Shown in pieces: positions 28,335 through 37,398 of a stretch of 64,000 nucleotides of DNA. The translations under genes were made by a program, and so were the position numbers. The notes under the pieces are model-generated. The model did not search any database. It saw nothing but the letters and a program-made list of their open reading frames with translations, and was not told the origin of the DNA. The stretch spans positions 6,115 to 70,114 of the forward strand of contig CAKOHH010000001.1 of NCBI GenBank assembly GCA_934085675.1, read 5' to 3'. Positions within the stretch are counted from its first letter, which is position 1, and every line of letters begins with the position of its first letter. This stretch comes from an uncultured Bacilli bacterium (GTDB lineage: Bacteria; Bacillota_I; Bacilli_A; RF39; UBA660).

Positions 28335-29375
28335 ATGAAAAATAGTAAATATTATTTAATCGCCGCAAATGGGGCTGTTGGCAAAGTTGTAAAGATACCT
28401 AGTATTGCGACAGAAGGACAAGATTTTTTTAAGGATATTTCAATGCTTGATTTAATTTCTATGGGACAATCCAAAGAAGACTTCATAAAATCTATTCTAC
28501 CTTATAACGAAAGTATTTCCTTTCGCAGTGATACTGATTTATTTGTTTTAAGAATAGCAAATAGCAAAGAAAATTTAATAAACTTGCACACATATGAATT
28601 GATTTTTGATTATCCTTTACCAGATAGATTAAGAGCCTTAAAAAGCAAGCTTTATTTAGGATTAAAAAGAGAAGCATTAGTAAGACTTTCAAAAGTTAAT
28701 GATGCAAAATCTAGAACTATTTCTTTAAAGAAAGATGTTGAATTCAAAAATTATGCTAGAATGTTGATTCGCAATATTACTAGTAATTCAAATACTTTTG
28801 CAACACATTTTAATTTTGAAACTTGTGCGTGCCTTGATCCTCAAATATTAAAGCAGCTTATTGATTATAAAGAATTTAAAGAACCAAGTATCTTAACAGA
28901 ATTGCAATCATATAAAAAATTAAGAGGATTGTCTTTAGAATATTTAAGTTATTTAAATAAGACACCTTTTGATAAAGCAAAAATAAAAAGCAGAATAAAT
29001 TATTTTTATCCTAAAATAATTTTTGGCTTTAAAAATTCTAATGAAATGATGACTATCAATGAGGCTCGAAAAATTTTTAAAGAAGGGGCTTTACATAGTA
29101 AATTAATGAGTCCTAAAGAAACTGAAATCATGGTAACACTTGAAAAATTATCTTTAATAGAACAAATTAAATGGCAACCATTTGATAATCCTGAGTTAGA
29201 AAGAGTTTATTATAGTGTTTCAAACAGCAAAGAAAATGGTTTAGAAGCCGTCATGGAACAAATGGACGCTAATGATATTTATGATTCAAGTCCAGAAGAT
29301 TTACTTAGAATAGGTTTTTATAGTAATGAACAATATTTAAAAATTAAAAAGAAAAATTCTAAGAAATTGATTTAA
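28335..29375 (+). CDS. Hypothetical protein (346 aa)
   Basis: RBS GGGGGAG; upstream TTGAGA-17-TAAAAT promoter-like element; no recognisable motif. Confidence 0.6.
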   Translation: MKNSKYYLIAANGAVGKVVKIPSIATEGQDFFKDISMLDLISMGQSKEDFIKSILPYNESISFRSDTDLFVLRIANSKENLINLHTYELIFDYPLPDRLRALKSKLYLGLKREALVRLSKVNDAKSRTISLKKDVEFKNYARMLIRNITSNSNTFATHFNFETCACLDPQILKQLIDYKEFKEPSILTELQSYKKLRGLSLEYLSYLNKTPFDKAKIKSRINYFYPKIIFGFKNSNEMMTINEARKIFKEGALHSKLMSPKETEIMVTLEKLSLIEQIKWQPFDNPELERVYYSVSNSKENGLEAVMEQMDANDIYDSSPEDLLRIGFYSNEQYLKIKKKNSKKLI

Positions 29376-29400
29376 GACATACACTTTATTAGGTGATACT

Positions 29401-30153
29401 ATGTCTTTTTTTATTCCTTTACTGTTATCGTCATTAGCAGGATTATCGACTGTATTAGGTACATTTGTAATTTTTTTTAAATGGCAAAGAGAAAACATTA
29501 ATAAATTTATAACTTTTTGTTTGAGTCTTTCATTAGTGATAATGATTGGTATATCTGTTTTAGAATTAATACCCGAAGCCAGTTTTATTATCTTAACTAA
29601 ATTTAAACTTGTTAAAGGAATTTTTCTTTCTTTAATAATCTTTATTTTTTCTATTTTAGCCATTCGTTTTATAAACCAAAAAATAGAGAAGGGAAGAGGG
29701 GATGTTCCTTTATATCGTTTAGGAGTTTTAAGTATGATTACTTTAATGTTACATAATTTACCAGAAGGAATTCTTACATTCTTAAGTAGTTATCAAAACA
29801 TTACCTTAGGCCTTCATATTAGTATTGCTATAATGCTTCATAATATTCCGGAAGGTATTAGCATTGCTGTTCCCATTTATTATGCGACAGGAAGTAAAAA
29901 GAAAGCCATTAAAATGACATTTCTATCAGGAATAGCTGAGCCATTAGGAGCCTTATTAGCGTGTACATTTTTAAGAAATTATATTTCGTCAGAATTAATT
30001 GGTTTTATTTTATTATTTGTCGGTGGTATTATGATTACGTTGGCCATTGAAGAATTACTTCCTAAAGCCCTTTCTTATCATCAGGAAAAGTATTTATTTT
30101 TAGGTAGCATAATAGGGATTATTATTTTATTAATAAATCATTTTTTATTGTAG
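29401..30153 (+). CDS. zupT: ZIP-family zinc transporter
   Basis: 250 aa, 8 TM; duplicated HNxPEGx motifs (HNLPEGIL, HNIPEGISIA). Confidence 0.85.
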   Translation: MSFFIPLLLSSLAGLSTVLGTFVIFFKWQRENINKFITFCLSLSLVIMIGISVLELIPEASFIILTKFKLVKGIFLSLIIFIFSILAIRFINQKIEKGRGDVPLYRLGVLSMITLMLHNLPEGILTFLSSYQNITLGLHISIAIMLHNIPEGISIAVPIYYATGSKKKAIKMTFLSGIAEPLGALLACTFLRNYISSELIGFILLFVGGIMITLAIEELLPKALSYHQEKYLFLGSIIGIIILLINHFLL

Positions 30154-30387
30154 TTTAAAATATAGCGGTTAACATAATATATATTATGAAACTTTTAAAA
30201 ATTAAGATAAAATTGTTAAATTAAATTCTATTAAGTATTTTCTTTAAGAAAACTTAGCATCACTTTATTAAAGTTATCCTTATCTAAAATAATATTTTGG
30301 GTATTGATACAATGAATTTAATTTTAATTGCTAATAATTTATAAACATTTTATTAAATTAAAAATATATTATTTAGAGACCCTATCT

Positions 30388-30439
30388 AATTTGCAACGAA
30401 AATATTTAAAATGGATAGTTATCCATCTCGTTGCAAATT
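30388..30439. repeat. Perfect 12-bp inverted repeat (AATTTGCAACGA / TCGTTGCAAATT) enclosing inner ATGGATA/TATCCAT hairpin
   Basis: seen directly at 30388-30399 and 30428-30439; T4 follows on plus strand. Confidence 0.5.
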
Positions 30440-30473
30440 TTAGCAAAGAAAAAATATCTATTTATCTAGATAT

Positions 30474-31265
30474 TTATTCATCCATATTCATAATGGATCC
30501 TCGTGATTCAATTTCGGCAATTTTTTCTATAATTTCTGAAGCGTTTGATTCATTTAATTCAGAATAACCAAGTTCTTTTAAGGCTTGAGTTCTTAAAGTA
30601 AATAATTGTTGGGTACGACTTAATTTTTCTTCTTTCTGCTTTTCAATCTCTTGAACAAAACGCTTATGAGATAGGGCAAGTTTACTTCGTGAGGCTCCCC
30701 CATTATTATAAAGTGTTAGGGCAGAGTACAAAATTCCTTCAAAAATGAATTGTCTATCTTCATTAAATCTAAATTCTTCTGGATTTGTAAAACCTGTTGC
30801 CTTTGACATATATCCAAAAATATATTTTATTTCTGGAACATTATCCATAGATTGCAACATATGGTACAAATACAAAAAGGCATAATAATTCTCTTGCTTT
30901 TTTTCATCCCCTAGTCTTTCTCGTAACAAATTCAAGATGTTTGTAATTAATATTTGAGAATCCTTATTAAGATTTTTTAAATCAAAATAATTAGAAATAC
31001 TAGCCGAACCTTTGACACTTGTATTAAGACGATTTTCAACACTCATAAGATAATCTGTCGTTACTTTGATAGAATCAATCGTTTGATTATTTTCATCATT
31101 AATATCTAATAAACGGTACAACAAAATCTTTTTTTCCTTAGGCCATTTATTAATGTCATCAAGTTCAAGATAATTATAGACCATTTGTCTTGATACCCCT
31201 AAATATTTTGCAAGTCTAACTTTAGAAATTCCTAATTCTTGTAATAATTCATTTAATCTGTTCAT
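30474..31265 (-). CDS. HTH-domain DNA-binding protein with uncharacterised C-terminal domain
   Basis: 263 aa; N-terminal HTH (LAKYLGVSRQMVYNYLE). Confidence 0.65.
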   Translation of the reverse strand: MNRLNELLQELGISKVRLAKYLGVSRQMVYNYLELDDINKWPKEKKILLYRLLDINDENNQTIDSIKVTTDYLMSVENRLNTSVKGSASISNYFDLKNLNKDSQILITNILNLLRERLGDEKKQENYYAFLYLYHMLQSMDNVPEIKYIFGYMSKATGFTNPEEFRFNEDRQFIFEGILYSALTLYNNGGASRSKLALSHKRFVQEIEKQKEEKLSRTQQLFTLRTQALKELGYSELNESNASEIIEKIAEIESRGSIMNMDE

Positions 31266-31383
31266 TTCAATTTGCCTACTCTCTTTTTATTTAATTTACA
31301 TTCTAATTATAAGGCACTAGACACTTTTGTGTCAAGTAAAAGTAAACAATGAAAATAAATCTTTAAAAAAAATACGGTACTTT

Positions 31384-32499
31384 TTAATTATTTAAATACC
31401 ATATTTTATCATTATTTTTATAAATTTCTTTAATAACCCCACTACCGAAACAAACATCTCCATCATAAAAAACGCAAAATTGTCCTGGTGTCACCGCTTT
31501 CACGCCTTCTTTATAAGTAACATGCGCCATATTGCCTTTTAATAATTCTAATTCAATAGGGTACTCTTCTCCCCGATAACGAAACTTGGCTTGACATTTT
31601 TTGGGTGGATTATCAATAGTAATATTTACATCTTCTAAAAGACAACTATCACTAATTAAATATTTTGAATCATCACCAAAAGCAACATATAATTCGTTTT
31701 TCGCTACATTTTTACCACACACATAATGTCTTTCTTGGAATCCTGAAAGTCCCACATTACGTCTTTGCCCAATTGTATAGTTCATAAGACCAGTATGAGT
31801 ACCAATTACATTTTTAGTTTCGACATCAATAATATTACCAGGATTAGGTTTTAAGTAATTACGAATAAATTCTTGATAATTTCTTTCGCCAATAAAACAA
31901 ATACCTGTTGAATCTTTCTTTTTGGCAACATTTAGGCCACACTCTGAAGCAATTTTTCTTACTTGCTCTTTATGAAGGTCTCCGACTGGGAATAAAACAT
32001 CTTCTAGTTGTTTTTTACTTAACTGGGCTAAAAAATAAGTTTGATCTTTATTCTCATCAACACCCTTTAAAAGTTTACCATCTTTAAGTCTAGCATAATG
32101 ACCGGTAGCCATAAAATCAGCTCCTAGACGTTTAGCTTCTTTTTTAAAAACATCAAATTTAATATATTTATTGCAAAGTAAATCGGGATTAGGTGTTCGT
32201 CCTTTTTTTAGTTCATTTAAAAAATAAGTAAATACATTATCCCAATATTCTTTAATAAAATCTACACGATGCAAAGGAATACCAATAATCTCACATGTTT
32301 TTAAGGCATCATTATAATCTTGCTCTTGAGGACAAATATTATTATTTAAAGTAGGGTTCCCTAAAATATCATTATTAAGTCCCGCATCCCAATTGCGCAT
32401 AAATAAGCCTTCTACTTCATATCCTTGTTGTTTTAATAAATAAGCACTTACTGCAGAGTCTACTCCCCCACTCATACCGACAATTACTTTTTTTGCCAT
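31384..32499 (-). CDS. mnmA: tRNA-specific 2-thiouridylase
   Basis: PP-loop VIVGMSGGVDSAV; catalytic Cys pair; 371 aa. Confidence 0.92.
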   Translation of the reverse strand: MAKKVIVGMSGGVDSAVSAYLLKQQGYEVEGLFMRNWDAGLNNDILGNPTLNNNICPQEQDYNDALKTCEIIGIPLHRVDFIKEYWDNVFTYFLNELKKGRTPNPDLLCNKYIKFDVFKKEAKRLGADFMATGHYARLKDGKLLKGVDENKDQTYFLAQLSKKQLEDVLFPVGDLHKEQVRKIASECGLNVAKKKDSTGICFIGERNYQEFIRNYLKPNPGNIIDVETKNVIGTHTGLMNYTIGQRRNVGLSGFQERHYVCGKNVAKNELYVAFGDDSKYLISDSCLLEDVNITIDNPPKKCQAKFRYRGEEYPIELELLKGNMAHVTYKEGVKAVTPGQFCVFYDGDVCFGSGVIKEIYKNNDKIWYLNN

Positions 32500-32532
32500 A
32501 ATATCCGACCTCTTTTTCTCTAGCCTATTCTA

Positions 32533-33114
32533 TCATATTTCTAGTAGAAAAGCAAAAATGTTTAAAATTGGTTTATTAAATAAAAGCAAACAAAAGTCAT
32601 ATAAAGTTTGTAATAAAATAAGTAAGCCACAACTCTTTGTCATAGAAATAAGATAGTTTGCAGGATTCGTTTTATAAATCATTTTACCTATCATTTTTCT
32701 TGTAATATTAAAACATTTGATAAAAAAGAAATATAAAATAATTAAATAAAATAATTGAGTGACAGTATAAAATATAATGGCATATAAAAGTCCTTTTAAA
32801 GATAATGTTAGACTAAAAATACCCAAAAGAAAACCGAAAGATATACCTTGGTAAAAGATAAGCGTACATAGTAAAGGAAGTCCTATGATAAAAAATGAAC
32901 CTATAAAACTAATAACTAAAAAGAAAAAATGAATATAGATGTAATTAAATGACAAACCTTGATAATTGTTAATATAATAATAAACATTGTCTTTTAAAGT
33001 ATTTATATTTTTAAAACTTAAGTATAGTCCCACTAAAATACCTATAAATGTGAGGATGCCCATAAATAAAAAAAGGTATTTCTTACGACTTAAAAATTTT
33101 TTTAAAATCGTCAT
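32533..33114 (-). CDS. Polytopic membrane protein (possibly SpoIIM-like), co-transcribed with mnmA
   Basis: 193 aa, ~5 TM helices; 33-nt gap to mnmA. Confidence 0.5.
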   Translation of the reverse strand: MTILKKFLSRKKYLFLFMGILTFIGILVGLYLSFKNINTLKDNVYYYINNYQGLSFNYIYIHFFFLVISFIGSFFIIGLPLLCTLIFYQGISFGFLLGIFSLTLSLKGLLYAIIFYTVTQLFYLIILYFFFIKCFNITRKMIGKMIYKTNPANYLISMTKSCGLLILLQTLYDFCLLLFNKPILNIFAFLLEI

Positions 33115-33218
33115 CTTATCACCTATCAGATTGTATGTTTTAAAATAATTTTTTATGTACTTTTTTGGTAGTTTATGATAAAGTTATAATGAATTTCATT
33201 TAGAAGGAGACGATAAGA

Positions 33219-33314
33219 ATGAGTAAAAAAACAAGACAAATTGTCACTTGGCTTACTTTAATTATTATGGTATTAGGTATTGCTGGTAGTATTATTGCCT
33301 ATGCTATTTCATAA
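33219..33314 (+). CDS. Small single-TM membrane peptide (31 aa), not in ORF track
   Basis: RBS GAAGGAG 9 nt before ATG; MSKKTRQIVTWLTLIIMVLGIAGSIIAYAIS*; followed by terminator. Confidence 0.4.
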   Translation: MSKKTRQIVTWLTLIIMVLGIAGSIIAYAIS

Positions 33315-33337
33315 TTATTAAAATATAGATACTTAAA

Positions 33338-33365
33338 AATGGTAATCCAGTTATTACCATTTTTT
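33338..33365 (+). terminator. Rho-independent terminator after small peptide gene
   Basis: AATGGTAAT(ccagt)TATTACCATT + T7. Confidence 0.5.
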
Positions 33366-33404
33366 TATATTAGTAAACCACCATAATATAAGTGAGGTGA
33401 TAAT

Positions 33405-34391
33405 TTGAAAAAGATTTATTTAAGTATGTTCTTATTTCTTTATTTTCTTTTTCCTAGTATAACACTTGCCTATTCTGATAAAGTGGCTCTTGGTGGAGAA
33501 AACATCGGTATTCAAATAAAAACACCAGGTGTATTAGTAGTTGGCTTTTATAAAGTAAATGGTGCTTATTTAAAGGGTACACCAGAAATTAAAATTGGGG
33601 ACTATATTTTAAAAGTTGGTGAGAAAGAGATTTCTTCTGTGAATTCTTTAAGTGAAGCTATTTTACAAAATGTTAAAGATAATCAAGTAAAATTAACTTT
33701 AAAAAGAAATGAACAGGTCATGAATATTACGATGCCACTTCAAAATGTTGATGGTATTTACAAGACAGGTCTTTATGTCAAAGAAAGTATTACAGGCCTT
33801 GGTACCTTAACCTATATTGATCCTAATAGTAAAATATATGGTGCTTTAGGCCATGAAATTTTAGAAAGTAATAGTTTACAATTAGTAGAGGTTAAAACTG
33901 GTCATATTTTTGAAAGTCCTGTGACAAGTATTCGTAAAAGTACAAGAGGTAATGCCGGAGAAAAAAATGCCGAATTTCACTTTAATAAAGTGTATGGTTC
34001 TTTAGATAATAATACGAGACATGGAATATATGGAATTTATAAAGATACTATTCCTTCTAATTTTATTCCTGTGGCTAAAAATAAAGAAATTAAAATTGGG
34101 GAAGCCGAAATCTACACTGTTTTAAACGGTCAGGAGAAAAAAAGTTATAAAATAGATATTACATCTATTCAAGAATATAACGATGTTAAAAACATTTCTT
34201 TTACTGTGACAGACGATAACCTTATTAATACCGCAGGTGGGATTGTTCAAGGAATGAGTGGTTCTCCTATTGTTCAAAATGGCAAAATTATTGGAGCAGT
34301 AACCCATGTAATTACAGACAATCCTATTACAGGGTATGGAATATTTATTACAACGATGCTAGAAACAGGAGATAATCTCTTAAAAAAATAG
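33405..34391 (+). CDS. SpoIVB-family S55 serine peptidase with PDZ domain (sporulation signalling protease-like)
   Basis: Signal/TM N-terminus; PDZ-like IKIGDYILKVGEKEISS; catalytic His (GALGHEI) and Ser (VQGMSGSPIVQNGKIIGAVTHV) motifs. Confidence 0.75.
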   Translation: MKKIYLSMFLFLYFLFPSITLAYSDKVALGGENIGIQIKTPGVLVVGFYKVNGAYLKGTPEIKIGDYILKVGEKEISSVNSLSEAILQNVKDNQVKLTLKRNEQVMNITMPLQNVDGIYKTGLYVKESITGLGTLTYIDPNSKIYGALGHEILESNSLQLVEVKTGHIFESPVTSIRKSTRGNAGEKNAEFHFNKVYGSLDNNTRHGIYGIYKDTIPSNFIPVAKNKEIKIGEAEIYTVLNGQEKKSYKIDITSIQEYNDVKNISFTVTDDNLINTAGGIVQGMSGSPIVQNGKIIGAVTHVITDNPITGYGIFITTMLETGDNLLKK

Positions 34392-34426
34392 AAAAAAAAT
34401 CAAAGGAAAATAATAACCTTTGATTT

Positions 34427-35854
34427 TTAATATTGTTTACCAAAATAAATTTTATATTTAGCTTTTTCACCACAGTAAGCACAAACGCCATCACTAATTT
34501 CTTCTTTAATGCAACGACTTTTTAAACCTGTTTCTTCTTTAATTTTGTCTTCACAAGAAGTATTACCACACCAAGAAATTAAAATGAAACCTGGTTTATT
34601 TTGCGCAATATCCTGAAATTCTTCTTTCGTTTTTGCTTCATAAATCATGCTGTCACGTCTTTTTAAAGCTCTATCATACATATTGTTTTGAATGTCGACT
34701 AATAGTTTTTCTACTCTTTCTTTAAAAGCCGAAATAGCAATTGTTTCTTTTTCTAAAGTATCTCTTCTTACTAAAGTGATTTCTTTATTTTCTAAATCTC
34801 TTTTACCAATTTCCACGCGAATAGGAATACCTTTTACTTCCGCATCAGCAAATTTAAAGCCTGGTGATTTTTCAGATTCGTCAATTTGATATGTGATTTC
34901 TTCAGGAAGAGTGCTTGCTAATTCTTTTACCGTCTTTAAAACTTCTTCATCTTTGCCAATAGGAATAAATACCACTTTAGTAGGAGCAATATTAGGAGGT
35001 AAAACAAGACCATGATTATCGCCATGAGTCATGATAATGGCCCCAATCATTCTTGTTGTTACGCCCCAGCTTGTTTGATATGGTGTTTTTAAAGTATTGT
35101 CCGTATCTAGAAATTGAATACCAAAAGCTTTAGCAAAATGTTGGCCAAAATAATGGCTTGTACCATTTTGAAGTGCTACTCCATCATACATCATGGCTTC
35201 AATTGTATAAGTTTCTTCAGCACCAGCAAATTTTTCTTTTTCTGTTTTACGTCCTGTAATAACAGGTAAAGCTAGGATATTTCTTTGAAAATCTTCATAA
35301 ACCTTAAACATTCTAAGTGTTTCATTTCTCGCTTCTTCACGAGTTTGATGAAGAGTATGACCTTCTTGCCATAGTATTTCTCTACTTCTTAAAAAAGGTC
35401 TTGTTGTTTTTTCCCAACGCACAATCGTGCACCACTGATTATATAAAAGGGGTAAATCACGATAGGACTTTACAATATTTTTGAAGTGTTCGCAAAATAA
35501 AACTTCACTAGTAGGTCTAACACACATTCTTTCATCTAATTTATTTTCCCCACCATAAGTTACCCAAGCTACTTCTGGGGCAAAACCTTTAACATGTTCT
35601 TTTTCTACATTTAATAAAGATTCCGGAATAAACATTGGCATTTGAACATTTTGGTGACCTAATTTTTTGAATTCTTTATCTAATATTCTTTGCATATTTT
35701 CCCAAATCGCGTAGCCATATGGGCGAATAATCATGCTGCCTTTGACACTTGAATAACTTACTAAATCAGCTTGTTTTAAAACATCTGTGTACCATGTAGC
35801 AAAATCTGTATCTCGATCAGTTATTTTCGTTACTAGTTTGCTCATTTGTTTCAT
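34427..35854 (-). CDS. proS: Prolyl-tRNA synthetase (archaeal/eukaryote-like type without editing insertion)
   Basis: 475 aa class II; motif 2/3 and C-terminal zinc-binding CxxC...CxxC (CAYCGEKAKY). Confidence 0.92.
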   Translation of the reverse strand: MKQMSKLVTKITDRDTDFATWYTDVLKQADLVSYSSVKGSMIIRPYGYAIWENMQRILDKEFKKLGHQNVQMPMFIPESLLNVEKEHVKGFAPEVAWVTYGGENKLDERMCVRPTSEVLFCEHFKNIVKSYRDLPLLYNQWCTIVRWEKTTRPFLRSREILWQEGHTLHQTREEARNETLRMFKVYEDFQRNILALPVITGRKTEKEKFAGAEETYTIEAMMYDGVALQNGTSHYFGQHFAKAFGIQFLDTDNTLKTPYQTSWGVTTRMIGAIIMTHGDNHGLVLPPNIAPTKVVFIPIGKDEEVLKTVKELASTLPEEITYQIDESEKSPGFKFADAEVKGIPIRVEIGKRDLENKEITLVRRDTLEKETIAISAFKERVEKLLVDIQNNMYDRALKRRDSMIYEAKTKEEFQDIAQNKPGFILISWCGNTSCEDKIKEETGLKSRCIKEEISDGVCAYCGEKAKYKIYFGKQY

Positions 35855-36074
35855 CTTCTTTCATTAAAAAATCTTGGGCTTCACCGTCTGTACCGATGAT
35901 TTTATTCACTTGCTCTGTTGCATTATCTAATTTTTCTTGACATATTTTAACCAAGTTCATCGCATCTGTATATTTACTAATGGCGTCTTCCAAAGGAATA
36001 TTGCCGTTTTCTAAATCTTTAATGATCCCGTCTAAATTATTTAAAGCGGTTTCAAACGTCATTTCTTTCATCAT
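35817..36074 (-). CDS. xseB: Exodeoxyribonuclease VII small subunit
   Basis: 85 aa, FE.AL..LE.IV..LE.G motif; overlaps xseA stop. Confidence 0.85.
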   Translation of the reverse strand: MMKEMTFETALNNLDGIIKDLENGNIPLEDAISKYTDAMNLVKICQEKLDNATEQVNKIIGTDGEAQDFLMKEDETNEQTSNENN

Positions 36075-37398
36075 TTATCTCCTCTACTTTCACTTTTAAT
36101 GTTCCTTTTGCTAAAGTAACATCTAATTTATCGTTTATATTAATTTTAGCAGTATTTTTGATAATTTCGTTATCTTTTTTGACAATAGAATAGCCTTGTT
36201 CTAAGATATTTAAAGGATTAAGCAGTTTTAAATTTTGAATCGTATAATAAAGCAGTTGTTTTTTATCATTCATATATTTAACTATTTCTTTTTGTAAGGC
36301 TTCTTTTCTATCCCAATATCTTTCTAAAGATTTTTGATAAAGAACCTTAGGATTGTTCAATATATAATTGCCTTTATACTTATCTAATTTTACCTGTAAA
36401 GAATTTAAATAATAAGTATAACTTTTATTTAAATTATCGGTTAAATTATCTAATTTTTGCATTTTTACTTCATATAAAATATGTGGATTTTTTAATACAT
36501 AATGGTTACTTAAAATACTAAGTTGATGTTTAGCAAATTGAAGTTTAGACAAGAATAGATGATTAATTTCATCTTTTTTTTGAGTCAAAATAGTCATAAC
36601 TTCTTCTTTGGTTGGCACTGCCATTTCGGCTGCCCCTGTAGGAGTCGGTGCTCTTCTATCAGCTACATAATCGGCAATCGTAAAATCTATCTCATGACCA
36701 ACAGCACTAATAATAGGTATTTTAGAAGCAAAAATGGCTCTGGCTACTATTTCTTCATTAAAAGCCCATAAATCCTCAATGGAACCGCCACCTCGCCCAA
36801 CGATTAAAACATCAAGTTTATAATGATTAGCTAAATAAATATTTTTAGCAATATCCTTTGCCGCCGAAACACCTTGAACTAAACTAGGAAAAAGAAGGGT
36901 TTTAGCATATGGAAATCTTCTTTTTAAAGTGCTCAAAATATCTTTGATAGCTGCCCCTGTGGGCGCGGTAACAATACCTATTTTAGTAGGATATTTAGGA
37001 ATAGGCTTTTTGTATTTTGAATCAAATAAGCCTTCGCTCGCTAGTTTCTCTTTTAGTTTTTCAAATTCTATATAAAGATTACCTAGGCCATCCATTTCCA
37101 TTTTTTCAATATATATTTGGTAGTTTCCTCCCATAGGATAGACAGAAATACGTCCTGTTACTAAAACATTCATACCATCTTCTGGTTTAAAGTTCAAATT
37201 AGAAGCAGCACTTTTAAACATAATAGCACTTATTCTTGACTCGTCATCTTTAAGAGTTAAATAAAGATGTCCGGAAGAATGATGTTTAAAGTTACTAATT
37301 TCTCCTTTTAAATAAACTTTTTTTAAAAAAATATTAGTATCAAAAATATTTTTAATATAATTATTAATCTCAGCAACACTTAAATATTTAGGAATCAT
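36052..37398 (-). CDS. xseA: Exodeoxyribonuclease VII large subunit
   Basis: 448 aa; N-terminal OB-fold, GRGGGS catalytic region (VGRGGGSIEDLWAFNEE). Confidence 0.92.
   Translation of the reverse strand: MIPKYLSVAEINNYIKNIFDTNIFLKKVYLKGEISNFKHHSSGHLYLTLKDDESRISAIMFKSAASNLNFKPEDGMNVLVTGRISVYPMGGNYQIYIEKMEMDGLGNLYIEFEKLKEKLASEGLFDSKYKKPIPKYPTKIGIVTAPTGAAIKDILSTLKRRFPYAKTLLFPSLVQGVSAAKDIAKNIYLANHYKLDVLIVGRGGGSIEDLWAFNEEIVARAIFASKIPIISAVGHEIDFTIADYVADRRAPTPTGAAEMAVPTKEEVMTILTQKKDEINHLFLSKLQFAKHQLSILSNHYVLKNPHILYEVKMQKLDNLTDNLNKSYTYYLNSLQVKLDKYKGNYILNNPKVLYQKSLERYWDRKEALQKEIVKYMNDKKQLLYYTIQNLKLLNPLNILEQGYSIVKKDNEIIKNTAKININDKLDVTLAKGTLKVKVEEINDERNDV

Noticed and set aside
30328-30567. 79-aa plus-strand ORF in the zupT-HTH intergenic region
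   Set aside because: Low-complexity product, no RBS, overlaps the convergent HTH gene 3' end and the large inverted repeat.
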